A DNA stretch of 64,000 bases from assembly GCA_944329355.1 (NCBI GenBank), contig CALVID010000001.1, positions 28,171-92,170 on the forward strand, given 5' to 3'. This DNA comes from an uncultured Bacilli bacterium. Lineage in GTDB: Bacteria > Bacillota_I > Bacilli_A > RF39 > UBA660. The notes beneath the pieces were generated by a model. It was given only the letters and a program-made list of their open reading frames with translations, did not search any database and had not been told where the DNA came from. Of the stretch, positions 40,537 through 48,858 are shown piece after piece. Made by a program: the position numbers and the translations under genes. Every line of letters begins with the position of its first letter. The stretch's first letter is position 1.

Positions 40537-42998
40537 GTAAAAAAGATAAGTTTAATATATTTTGGATTTGTTTAATTTATTTAGGTATTGCCTTTATTAT
40601 TACGCATGGCGAGTATGTTTTTGGCTCAAAGACAGACTGGGGTTTTCAACATTTTGTGTTTCCAGAATATTTTAGAATGCTTTTTTATGATACTCATGAT
40701 TTATTTCCAGATTTTGCTTTTAATATAGGAGGAGGGCAAAATATATATTATTTTGCCTATTATGGTTTACTTAGTCCAATAACTTTATTATCTTATTTAC
40801 TACCTTTTATTCCAATGAGTTTTTATATTCCTTGTATAATGCTTTTATTAGGTGTTTTTTCTATTTGTTTATTTTATATTTGGATAAAAGGATTTAAATT
40901 TTCTAATAAATTAAATTTTCTTTTGACTTTGATGTTTGCTTTAGCTAGTCCACTTTTATATCATAGTCATAGACATATTATGTTTGTAAGTTATATGCTG
41001 TTTTTAATTTTAGGATTGATGGGTGTTAGAAGATATTTTTCCAAAGGTTATAAAGGATTAATGATAATTAGTATATTTTTAATGATTATTACTAGTTATT
41101 ATTATAGTGTTGGGGGAATAATATGTTTGACTTTGTATGGTGTCTATGAATATTTGAAAATACATGATAAATTTGTTTTAAAAGATTTTATTAAAAAGGG
41201 ATTTAATTATGCTTTACTGGTTATTACTGGAATAATGATGGCAGGAATGCTTTTACTTCCAGTTGTTTATACGCTTATGAATGGTAGAGGGGAAAGTTTA
41301 AGTGGCGATTCTTTATTTGAGGCATTAATGCCTTCAATTAATTTAGATTTTATTTTATATGATTCTTATGCGGTTGGCCTTACTGGTATTGCATTAATTT
41401 CAGTACTTTATTTGATTTTTAAAAGAAAAGAAAATAGATTTTTAGGCATTTCTCTTTCTTTATTATTTGTTTGGCCTATTTTCGTTTACATTTTAAATGG
41501 AGCTTTGTATTTGGATGGTAAGGCTTTAATTCCTTTTTTACCACTTTATGTTTTGGGTATAGGTTTATTTTTGAAAGAGGTTTTAAGTGGTAAGGTTAAT
41601 TTAAAAATAGTTTTTTTAATAATTATTTTTAGTTTAACTTTTGTTTATTTAAATGATAAAAGTTTTAGGTTATATTATTTGATAGACTCTTTAATTATGA
41701 TTATTGCTTATTTATTTTATAAAAAGTTTAATAAGGATATAATTATAGTTGCTATTTTAGGTATACTTAGTTTTACGATTTGTTTAAGTGAGAATTTAAG
41801 TGATAATCTTATTTTGAAAGATGATTTTAATAAACAAAATGATTTACTTATCAATGAGATTACGGAAGATATTTCTAAAAATGATGATGGTGTTTTTAGG
41901 ACAGCAATTAATTTAAAAGTTTCTAATGAGATTGTTAATAAGGTCAGTCATATTGATGAAAATTTGGTTACCTTATATTCGTCAACTTATAATACTAATT
42001 ATAGTGATTTCTTTTATGATTTTAATAATAATAGGGCTTCTAGAAATATGTTTATTACTAGTGAAAGTGGTAATACATTATTTGAAAGTTATATGGGAGT
42101 TAAGTATTTGATTACTGATAAAAAAGCTCCTATCGGTTATAGTTTGTTTAAAGATTATGGTAAATATCAAGTTTATATTAATGAAAATACTTTACCTTTA
42201 GGTTATTTTACTGATAGGGTTATAAGTTATGATGATTATGAGAAGTTAAATTTTCCAGATGATAGTTTAGCTTTGATAGGAAATATTATTACTGATTCTG
42301 GTAATTATAAGTATAAAAGTATGGCTAAAAAGTATGAACTTGATTTAAATGATGGAGAAAAAAGTGGCTTGAAATTAGAACCTTATAAAGATGGTTATAA
42401 GGTAAGTGTGAGTGATAAGGGAAGTATAAAATTGAATTTAGATGATGATAAGTTATATTTACTTAGATTTACTTTAGAAAATCCACAGAAGTGCTCTTTA
42501 GGAGATACTTATATTGATATAAATGGGATTACGAACAAATTAACTTGTAAAAGCTGGAAGTATTTTAATGATAATTATACTTTTGATTATACTTTAAATG
42601 GCGATTTAAATATAGAATTTTCTAAAGGAGTTCATTATATTAAAAAGGTAGAGTTTTATAGCCTTGATTATGATGAGTTTATGGAAAGTATTGATATTAA
42701 CTCTTTTGAGAATGTTAAAGTTTCTGGAGATAAGATAAGTGGTAATATTTCTGTTAGTGGTGATGGTTATTTTAATTTATCTATTCCTTATGATGAAGGA
42801 TTTATAATTAAAGTAGACGGTAAAAAAGTTGATTATGAAAAGGTTAATAAGAGTTTTATTGGATTTTCTTTGAGTGATGGAAGTCATGATATTGAGATTG
42901 AATTTAAGTCACCTAATGCTTTTATTGGTAAGATTATTAGTTTAATAGGCATTAGTATATTTATAATAATTATTATATATGAAAGAAAACTTGCATAA
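40524..42998 (+). CDS. YfhO family membrane glycosyltransferase-like protein
   Basis: 824 aa; >10 N-terminal TM helices, a large extracytoplasmic domain and a final C-terminal TM helix. This is YfhO topology. Confidence 0.65.
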   Translation: MERLSKKDKFNIFWICLIYLGIAFIITHGEYVFGSKTDWGFQHFVFPEYFRMLFYDTHDLFPDFAFNIGGGQNIYYFAYYGLLSPITLLSYLLPFIPMSFYIPCIMLLLGVFSICLFYIWIKGFKFSNKLNFLLTLMFALASPLLYHSHRHIMFVSYMLFLILGLMGVRRYFSKGYKGLMIISIFLMIITSYYYSVGGIICLTLYGVYEYLKIHDKFVLKDFIKKGFNYALLVITGIMMAGMLLLPVVYTLMNGRGESLSGDSLFEALMPSINLDFILYDSYAVGLTGIALISVLYLIFKRKENRFLGISLSLLFVWPIFVYILNGALYLDGKALIPFLPLYVLGIGLFLKEVLSGKVNLKIVFLIIIFSLTFVYLNDKSFRLYYLIDSLIMIIAYLFYKKFNKDIIIVAILGILSFTICLSENLSDNLILKDDFNKQNDLLINEITEDISKNDDGVFRTAINLKVSNEIVNKVSHIDENLVTLYSSTYNTNYSDFFYDFNNNRASRNMFITSESGNTLFESYMGVKYLITDKKAPIGYSLFKDYGKYQVYINENTLPLGYFTDRVISYDDYEKLNFPDDSLALIGNIITDSGNYKYKSMAKKYELDLNDGEKSGLKLEPYKDGYKVSVSDKGSIKLNLDDDKLYLLRFTLENPQKCSLGDTYIDINGITNKLTCKSWKYFNDNYTFDYTLNGDLNIEFSKGVHYIKKVEFYSLDYDEFMESIDINSFENVKVSGDKISGNISVSGDGYFNLSIPYDEGFIIKVDGKKVDYEKVNKSFIGFSLSDGSHDIEIEFKSPNAFIGKIISLIGISIFIIIIIYERKLA

Positions 42999-43082
42999 TT
43001 TTGTAAGTTTTTTTGATATTTAAAGGGAATGAGCAAAAAAAGTCGTATTTTAATATATAGAAGGGGCTTAGAAAGGAGATTT

Positions 43083-43970
43083 ATGAAAAAACTTTTATTA
43101 CTTTTATTATCTTTATCTTTTATTATGCCAAATAATGTTTATGCCGAGGAAGTTAGAATTAAATACAATAATTTAGATGGTATTGTTTATAATATGAAAT
43201 TGAATGGAAAAGTTAAATCTAATACGGTATCAATGTTTCAGATGGGAGATAGGATAGCTTATTGTATAGAACCAGGGGTAGAAATCACTAATAATTATTA
43301 CGATATTTATACTGATTGGAGTGTTTTTGACATGTCAGATGATTTAAAAAGTTATATTGAGAAGATAGGCTATTATGGTTATGATTATCCAGGACATCAA
43401 AATAATAATTATTATATTGCAGCTCAGGAATTGATGTGGAAAGCTATTAGACCTGAAATGGAAATTGTATGGACAACTGGTAAAAATTATACAGGTAAAG
43501 TCATTGATATAAGTAAGGAAAAACAAGAAATATTAGATTTAGTAGAGAAACATGATTTAAAACCTAGTTTTAGCGGACAAAGTATTAAAGGAGAAGTTGG
43601 AAGCACAATAACTTTAACTGATGAAAATGAGGTTTTGGATTATTATGAGGTTTCTTCTAGTCGTCATCACAATATAGTAAAAAAAGATAATAAGCTTATA
43701 ATTACATTAAATGAAAAGTTACAGGAAGAAGAAACTATAAAATTAACAAGAAAATATTATGATGATGCTCCTTTACTTATTTATATGAAAGAAGGTTCAC
43801 AAACTTTATCGGCACTTAGGATAAGCTTTTTAGAAAGTACAGAGTTTAAACTTTTAAATGAGGAAATACCGGAAATAGTAGAAGTTCCAAACACGGGTAT
43901 TTATGATTTTTCAACTTTAATAGGTACTTTATTGGTTGGTTTAGGAATTGTGTGTGCGAAAGTACGTTAG
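43083..43970 (+). CDS. secreted cell-wall-anchored surface protein (VPNTG sorting signal), possible thioester-domain adhesin
   Basis: Signal peptide; C-terminal VPNTG followed by a hydrophobic stretch and KVR tail. An IAYCIEPG Cys motif and AAQELMW (Q-x3-W) resemble TED/TQxA(I/V)W thioester motifs. Confidence 0.55.
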   Translation: MKKLLLLLLSLSFIMPNNVYAEEVRIKYNNLDGIVYNMKLNGKVKSNTVSMFQMGDRIAYCIEPGVEITNNYYDIYTDWSVFDMSDDLKSYIEKIGYYGYDYPGHQNNNYYIAAQELMWKAIRPEMEIVWTTGKNYTGKVIDISKEKQEILDLVEKHDLKPSFSGQSIKGEVGSTITLTDENEVLDYYEVSSSRHHNIVKKDNKLIITLNEKLQEEETIKLTRKYYDDAPLLIYMKEGSQTLSALRISFLESTEFKLLNEEIPEIVEVPNTGIYDFSTLIGTLLVGLGIVCAKVR

Positions 43971-44568
43971 AGTTATTGGACTTGTTTTAATAATACTTGG
44001 GCATTATTATTTTTGTTCTTATGTTTTGTCTTTAGTACATGATATAAAAAATTGTGATTCAAAAATAATTAAAGAAAATCAAGAAATAGATCATAAAAAT
44101 GATTTTTTAAAGGAAGAGATTAATAGCTTTAAAACTAAGGATGAAAAGAAGAAAACAAAAATTAATGACTATATGGGGATAATTTATATTCCCAAAATAT
44201 CTTTGAAAAGATATTTGTATGATTTAGATTCTAAGAAAAATAATGTCGATAAAAATATTGAGGTGCTGGAAGGGTCTAGTATGCCCAATGTGGCAGGAAG
44301 TAATTTAATATTGGCTGGGCATAATGGAAATACTGCTGTCGGCTATTTTAGATATTTGTATAAACTTTCTCTAGGAGATTTGATTACTATTAATTATCAA
44401 GGGGTGAATTATAATTATAAGGTTGCGAAGATTTATGATGTCTTTAAGACTGGCAAAGTGAATATTTATAGAGATAAAAGTAAAAAAACATTAACTTTAA
44501 TTACTTGTTTAGGTAATGATAAACAGTTAGTAGTTATTGGTTATTTAAACGAAGAAATTATTTTATAA
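43948..44568 (+). CDS. sortase (class B-like, TLITC active site); start uncertain (TTG/GTG)
   Basis: N-terminal TM, conserved His (LAGHNG), TLITC catalytic Cys motif, conserved Arg region. Overlaps the end of its putative substrate gene. Confidence 0.75.
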   Translation: MCVRKYVRVIGLVLIILGHYYFCSYVLSLVHDIKNCDSKIIKENQEIDHKNDFLKEEINSFKTKDEKKKTKINDYMGIIYIPKISLKRYLYDLDSKKNNVDKNIEVLEGSSMPNVAGSNLILAGHNGNTAVGYFRYLYKLSLGDLITINYQGVNYNYKVAKIYDVFKTGKVNIYRDKSKKTLTLITCLGNDKQLVVIGYLNEEIIL

Positions 44569-44646
44569 ATAATATCTTTAAAACTGTAATGTTATGTTAC
44601 AGTTCTTTTGGGTTTTGTTACAACATATGTTTTAATGGTGATATTA

Positions 44647-45306
44647 ATGAAATATAAAATAGGTGTTTTGGTTGCTTTAGTTACACTTCTTTGCTTTTTT
44701 AATTATGTGAGTGCAAAAAATTATGATTTACCCTTATTATCTAAGGTAATATATTTAGATCCAGGGCATGGTGGTGCGGATAGTGGGGCTTTTTATAAGA
44801 ATGTTAAAGAGTCAGATTTGAATTTAAAAATCACTAAAAAAATTATGAATTTATTAAAACGTGAAGGGGCAATAGTATATTTAACTAGATATGGTGATTA
44901 TGATTTGTCAGTGGGTAATGCTTGGAATAGAAAACGTAGTGATTTGTCTAGAAGAGCAAATATAATTAATAGAAGTGAGTGTGATTTGTATTTATCAATT
45001 CATTTAAATGCCGAAGATAGTGGCACATTGCATGGGGCAGAGGTGTATTATGATACAATTAATCCTGAAAATAAAAGAATAGCGGAAATTTTTCAAGATG
45101 AGTTTAGAAAACATTTAAATACCACTAGAGATTATAAAGAAAATAGTACTAAATATTTACAAAGAAGGGTGAGTAGACCTGGAGTGTTATTAGAGATTGG
45201 TTTTTTATCCAATTCTAGTGAGCGAGCTTTACTTAAAAGTGATACCTATCAAAATAAAATCGCTGATGTGGTGAGACAAGCTGCAAATCGGTACTTTAGT
45301 GAATAA
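44647..45306 (+). CDS. N-acetylmuramoyl-L-alanine amidase, CwlD-like (Amidase_3)
   Basis: N-terminal TM, DPGHGG...LSIHLNA...E motifs of Amidase_3; size and anchor match CwlD. Confidence 0.7.
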   Translation: MKYKIGVLVALVTLLCFFNYVSAKNYDLPLLSKVIYLDPGHGGADSGAFYKNVKESDLNLKITKKIMNLLKREGAIVYLTRYGDYDLSVGNAWNRKRSDLSRRANIINRSECDLYLSIHLNAEDSGTLHGAEVYYDTINPENKRIAEIFQDEFRKHLNTTRDYKENSTKYLQRRVSRPGVLLEIGFLSNSSERALLKSDTYQNKIADVVRQAANRYFSE

Positions 45307-45368
45307 ATTTCACAGTTTGTTCATATAATAAGGAGTTTTTTGTGTTATAATGTTTGATAGGTGAGAGT

Positions 45369-46292
45369 ATGACAGGAAAAATATTCAAAACTTTAGATGA
45401 ACAAGTAGAAATTTTAAAAAACAAAGGTCTGGTTATAAAGGATGAGGCAAAGGCTAGAAATATATTACTTAGAGAGAATTATTTCTTTATAAGTGGATAT
45501 AGACACTTATTTACTATAGAAAAGGATAAATTTTTAACAGGTACGACTTTTGAAGAATTGTATGCGACTTTTTTGTTTGATAGAGCAATTAGAAATACAT
45601 TTTTTAAAAATATTTTGGTGGTGGAGAATAACATTAAATCAATAACTAGTTATCAACTTTCTAGAAAATATGGTTTTAAAGAAAAAGATTATTTGAATCC
45701 TGATAATTTTTCACAAGATAGTTTACAATCTAGACAAGTATATGATGTTTTAAATAAGGTTAAAAGACAAATTAGAGTTAATGGAAGAAAGCATACAGCT
45801 ACGTTTCACTATATTGAACATTATGGATATATTCCATTTTGGATATTGGTTAAAGTATTATCTTTTGGAATTATGGCTGAGTTTTTTGACATTTTGAAAT
45901 ATGAAGATCAAGAAGATATTAGTAATTTTTATCAGATAAACCCAGAAGTTTTGGAAATTTATTTATCATTACTTTCTAATTTTAGAAATGTTTGTGCACA
46001 CGAAGATATTTTATATGATCATAGAACACAACGTTTTATTCCAGATACTAAGTATCATAAGTTACTTAATATTCCTCAAAATGAAGATGGCTATATTTAT
46101 GGTAAGAATGATTTGTTTAGTTTAGTTATTATGATGAAAATTTTGCTTAGTAAAGATGATTTTGAGGATATGATAGATGAGATAAAAAGAGAGGTTAATA
46201 GACTTGATAGAGTGGTTAATGTTGTTCCACTTGATACTATTTTAAATAGAATTGGTTTTCCAAGTAATTGGTATGAGATAAAAGATTTATAG
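45369..46292 (+). CDS. Abi_2 (AbiD/AbiF-type) abortive infection protein
   Basis: N-terminal F.TLDEQVEILKNKGL...NYFFISGYRHLF and C-terminal FRNVCAHEDILYDHR match Abi_2 hallmarks (…NYYRLSGY… / RNxxAHHxR.W). Confidence 0.7.
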   Translation: MTGKIFKTLDEQVEILKNKGLVIKDEAKARNILLRENYFFISGYRHLFTIEKDKFLTGTTFEELYATFLFDRAIRNTFFKNILVVENNIKSITSYQLSRKYGFKEKDYLNPDNFSQDSLQSRQVYDVLNKVKRQIRVNGRKHTATFHYIEHYGYIPFWILVKVLSFGIMAEFFDILKYEDQEDISNFYQINPEVLEIYLSLLSNFRNVCAHEDILYDHRTQRFIPDTKYHKLLNIPQNEDGYIYGKNDLFSLVIMMKILLSKDDFEDMIDEIKREVNRLDRVVNVVPLDTILNRIGFPSNWYEIKDL

Positions 46293-46303
46293 GAGGGATC
46301 TAT

Positions 46304-47386
46304 ATGAGAGAGAGAATAATTAATATTGTTATAATCTTAATTGTTTTATGTTTAGGAATTACAGGGACTTTGTATTTTGTAAATGAAGATCCTAGTAATG
46401 ATACTTTAGTAAATAAAAATGTTAATATTACTTCTAATGATTCAATTAGTGAATCTATCGATAAGGTTTATGATGCAGTGGTTGTGGTTAATAATTATTT
46501 AGGCGGAAGATTAGCAGGTTATGGATCAGGATTTGTGTATAAAAAGGATGCAGATTATGGTTATATTATGACTAACAATCATGTTGTTGAAGATGCGACT
46601 GAAATTAGAGTTACTTTAAGTAATGGTGAAGATGTTCAAGCAGAGGTTTTAGGAACTGATTCATATATGGATATTGCTGTTTTGAGAATAGATGCGGATA
46701 ATGTTTTGCAGGTGGCTGAAATTGGTGATAGTACAGAATCTAAATTGGGTGATACAGTATTTACTGTAGGTACTCCTGTTAGTACAGAGTATGCAGGTAC
46801 AGTTACCAAAGGAATTATTTCTGGAGAAAATCGAGAGATTACAGTTAGTAACAACGGTACTGAATATATGATGGAAGCTATTCAAATTGATGCTTCTATA
46901 AATCCTGGTAATAGTGGAGGACCACTTGTTAATATTAATGGTGAAGTAATAGGTGTTAATTCAGTTAAGTTGGTTGAGAGTTCTGTAGAAGGAATGGGTT
47001 TTGCAATTCCTATTGAAGTGGCTATGTCGCAGATTGAAAAATTGGAAAAAGGAGAGGAGATTGCTAGACCAGTTATTGGTGTTTCTCTTTATGATTTGGA
47101 TAGTTTGCCATTAATAGGTAATAGTGATTTGAGACTTGATAGTAGTATTAAGTCTGGTGTAGTTGTGAATAGTGTTGAAAAAGGTTCTGATGCTGAGGCT
47201 GCTGGAATTGAGCGTAATGATGTTATTATTAAAGTTGATGGCGTGAGTGTTAAAGTTTCGGCTCATTTGAAGTATTTACTTTATAAACATAATATTGGTG
47301 ATAGTGTTAAATTAACTATTATAAGAGATGGTAATGAAAAAGAGTTAACCCTTAAGTTAACTCAACAGTTAGGAGACTCTAATTAA
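46304..47386 (+). CDS. htrA: HtrA/DegP-family serine protease with PDZ domain
   Basis: N-terminal TM, catalytic H/D/S (GNSGGPL), C-terminal PDZ. Confidence 0.85.
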   Translation: MRERIINIVIILIVLCLGITGTLYFVNEDPSNDTLVNKNVNITSNDSISESIDKVYDAVVVVNNYLGGRLAGYGSGFVYKKDADYGYIMTNNHVVEDATEIRVTLSNGEDVQAEVLGTDSYMDIAVLRIDADNVLQVAEIGDSTESKLGDTVFTVGTPVSTEYAGTVTKGIISGENREITVSNNGTEYMMEAIQIDASINPGNSGGPLVNINGEVIGVNSVKLVESSVEGMGFAIPIEVAMSQIEKLEKGEEIARPVIGVSLYDLDSLPLIGNSDLRLDSSIKSGVVVNSVEKGSDAEAAGIERNDVIIKVDGVSVKVSAHLKYLLYKHNIGDSVKLTIIRDGNEKELTLKLTQQLGDSN

Positions 47387-47393
47387 GAGTCTT

Positions 47394-47822
47394 TTATCTT
47401 ATTTCTGGACATTCGCCTAGATCGGGGATATAAAAACAATGATTTTTATATCTACCACTATTATATTGATCCCACCATGTTGTTTTACATGCTTCTCCTT
47501 GTTTAGGTGCATAAAACCATAAAGCATGTGTGGCGGGATGATAGTATTCACCTTTGATTACTCTATTTGCTAGATTTCTTTCTAATGTTGTTGGATTACT
47601 GAAGAACAAAGGACTATCTACTCCTGAGAAACCTCCTGGATTTTGATATATAACTTTGCTTATGGTGTTGACATTTTTAAAAGTTAAACAGTTGGCTAAG
47701 GCTCTATTTATGACAACATTTCCCACCATTAACATGCCTAAGTCGCCTTCACCGACAGCTTCAGCTCGCATGAGTCTTGCAAGTAAATCTCTTTCAGTGT
47801 CAGTACTTCTAATTACAGCCAT
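47394..47822 (-). CDS. SleB/CwlJ-family cell wall hydrolase (catalytic domain only)
   Basis: 142 aa; the LARLMRAEAVGEG...VINRA motif matches the Hydrolase_2 (SleB/CwlJ) family. Confidence 0.7.
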   Translation of the reverse strand: MAVIRSTDTERDLLARLMRAEAVGEGDLGMLMVGNVVINRALANCLTFKNVNTISKVIYQNPGGFSGVDSPLFFSNPTTLERNLANRVIKGEYYHPATHALWFYAPKQGEACKTTWWDQYNSGRYKNHCFYIPDLGECPEIR

Positions 47823-47872
47823 AGTAAATCACCAATATATTATATGTTTTTATTTATATTGTTGTGAATAAG

Positions 47873-47901
47873 TTGAAATAGTTATTTTGATGTGGTATAA
47901 T
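47873..47901 (+). promoter_or_regulatory. near-consensus sigma-A promoter for tRNA-Trp (TTGAAA-N17-TGgTATAAT)
   Basis: -35 TTGAAA at 47873-47878, 17-nt spacer, extended -10 TGGTATAAT ending at 47901; the tRNA starts 20 nt downstream. Confidence 0.7.
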
Positions 47902-47920
47902 TTATTTGTTCTTGGATTAT

Positions 47921-47996
47921 AGGGGAATAGTTCAGTTGGTAGAACGTCGGTCTCCAAAACCGAATGTCGTGAGTTCAAGTCTTGCTTCCCCTGCCA
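47921..47996 (+). tRNA. tRNA-Trp (anticodon CCA), 3' CCA encoded
   Basis: Cloverleaf: acceptor AGGGGAA/UUCCCCU, D-arm AGUUCAGUUGGUAGAACG, anticodon loop CU-CCA-AA, T-arm GUUCAAGUC, discriminator G plus CCA. Confidence 0.9.
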
Positions 47997-48007
47997 TTTT
48001 GTAATTT

Positions 48008-48030
48008 AAAGATTTTAAATCTTTTTTTTC
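48008..48030 (+). terminator. rho-independent terminator after tRNA-Trp
   Basis: AAAGAT-tttaa-ATCTTT hairpin followed by a T8 run. Confidence 0.55.
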
Positions 48031-48058
48031 TATATAATAATTGTTAGGAGTGCTAATA

Positions 48059-48597
48059 ATGAACAAAGTAGATGAAAAAAGTTTAGAAAATGCAAAAAGA
48101 TTATTTGCAAGTAATGACATTAATAGCATTGAAATTGGTACAGTTAAAGGATTAAAGCAGATACATAAATATTTATTTGATGGTTTGTATGATTTTGCAG
48201 GTCAAATTAGGGGAAAAAATATTTCCAAAGGAAATTGTAGGTTTGCCAATACTTTATATTTAGAAGACATTTTGAAAAAAATAGAAACTATGAAAGAAAA
48301 TACATTAGATGATATTATTAATAAATATGTCGAAATGAATATAGCTCATCCTTTTTTAGAAGGAAATGGGCGTGCTACGAGAATTTGGTTAGATTTAATA
48401 TTGAAAAAAAGTTAAATAAAATTGTTAATTGGGAAAGTATAGATAAAAAATTATATTTACAAGCAATGGAAAGAAGTCCAATTAATACATTAGAAATTAA
48501 AACTTTAATAGAGCATAATTTGACAGATGATTTTAGCTTAGATACCTTTTTAAAAGGTGTAGAAACATCTTATTATTATGAAATAGAATATGATTAA
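48059..48597 (+). pseudogene. fic: Fic family protein (HPFxEGNGRxxR) interrupted by a frameshift in an A7 run (~48400-48410)
   Basis: ORF 48059-48415 carries the Fic motif [12 protein letters not shown] and stops just after a poly-A tract. ORF 48385-48597 continues the same protein in another frame. Joined, the length is ~180-190 aa, typical of small Fic proteins. Confidence 0.65.
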
Positions 48598-48858
48598 TAA
48601 TAAACTAAAATTTGGAAATTTGTTCAGTTTTCATGAGATAATACCGATTTTCCTTTGTTTTATAAGGTTAAAATCGTTTTTTTATAGGAAGTTATTTTAT
48701 GTAGCAAGAGAAAAATAGTAAAAGTTAATTCCATTATTTTTAAAATAAGTAAAAACACTATAAGTTAAATAAAAAATTATTATCACTCTTGATTTCTTTT
48801 AAAAATTATAGTAATATTGACAATAATATATTTTGATTAAGTATGAGGTGTGGGTTTT

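Noticed and set aside
41926-42111. 61-aa ORF inside the YfhO-family gene, plus similar small ORFs at 43344-43526, 46636-46885, 30558-31130, 33429-33650 and 13659-13862
   Set aside because: They are embedded in or antisense to longer, domain-supported CDSs. Their compositions are typical of AT-rich frame noise.
47656-47871. 71-aa plus-strand ORF antisense to the CwlJ/SleB-like gene
   Set aside because: It overlaps the supported minus-strand hydrolase gene and runs into the tRNA promoter. No independent support.
47932-48129. 65-aa minus-strand ORF overlapping tRNA-Trp and its terminator
   Set aside because: It overlaps a well-supported tRNA gene and the fic start. It is an AT-rich spurious ORF.
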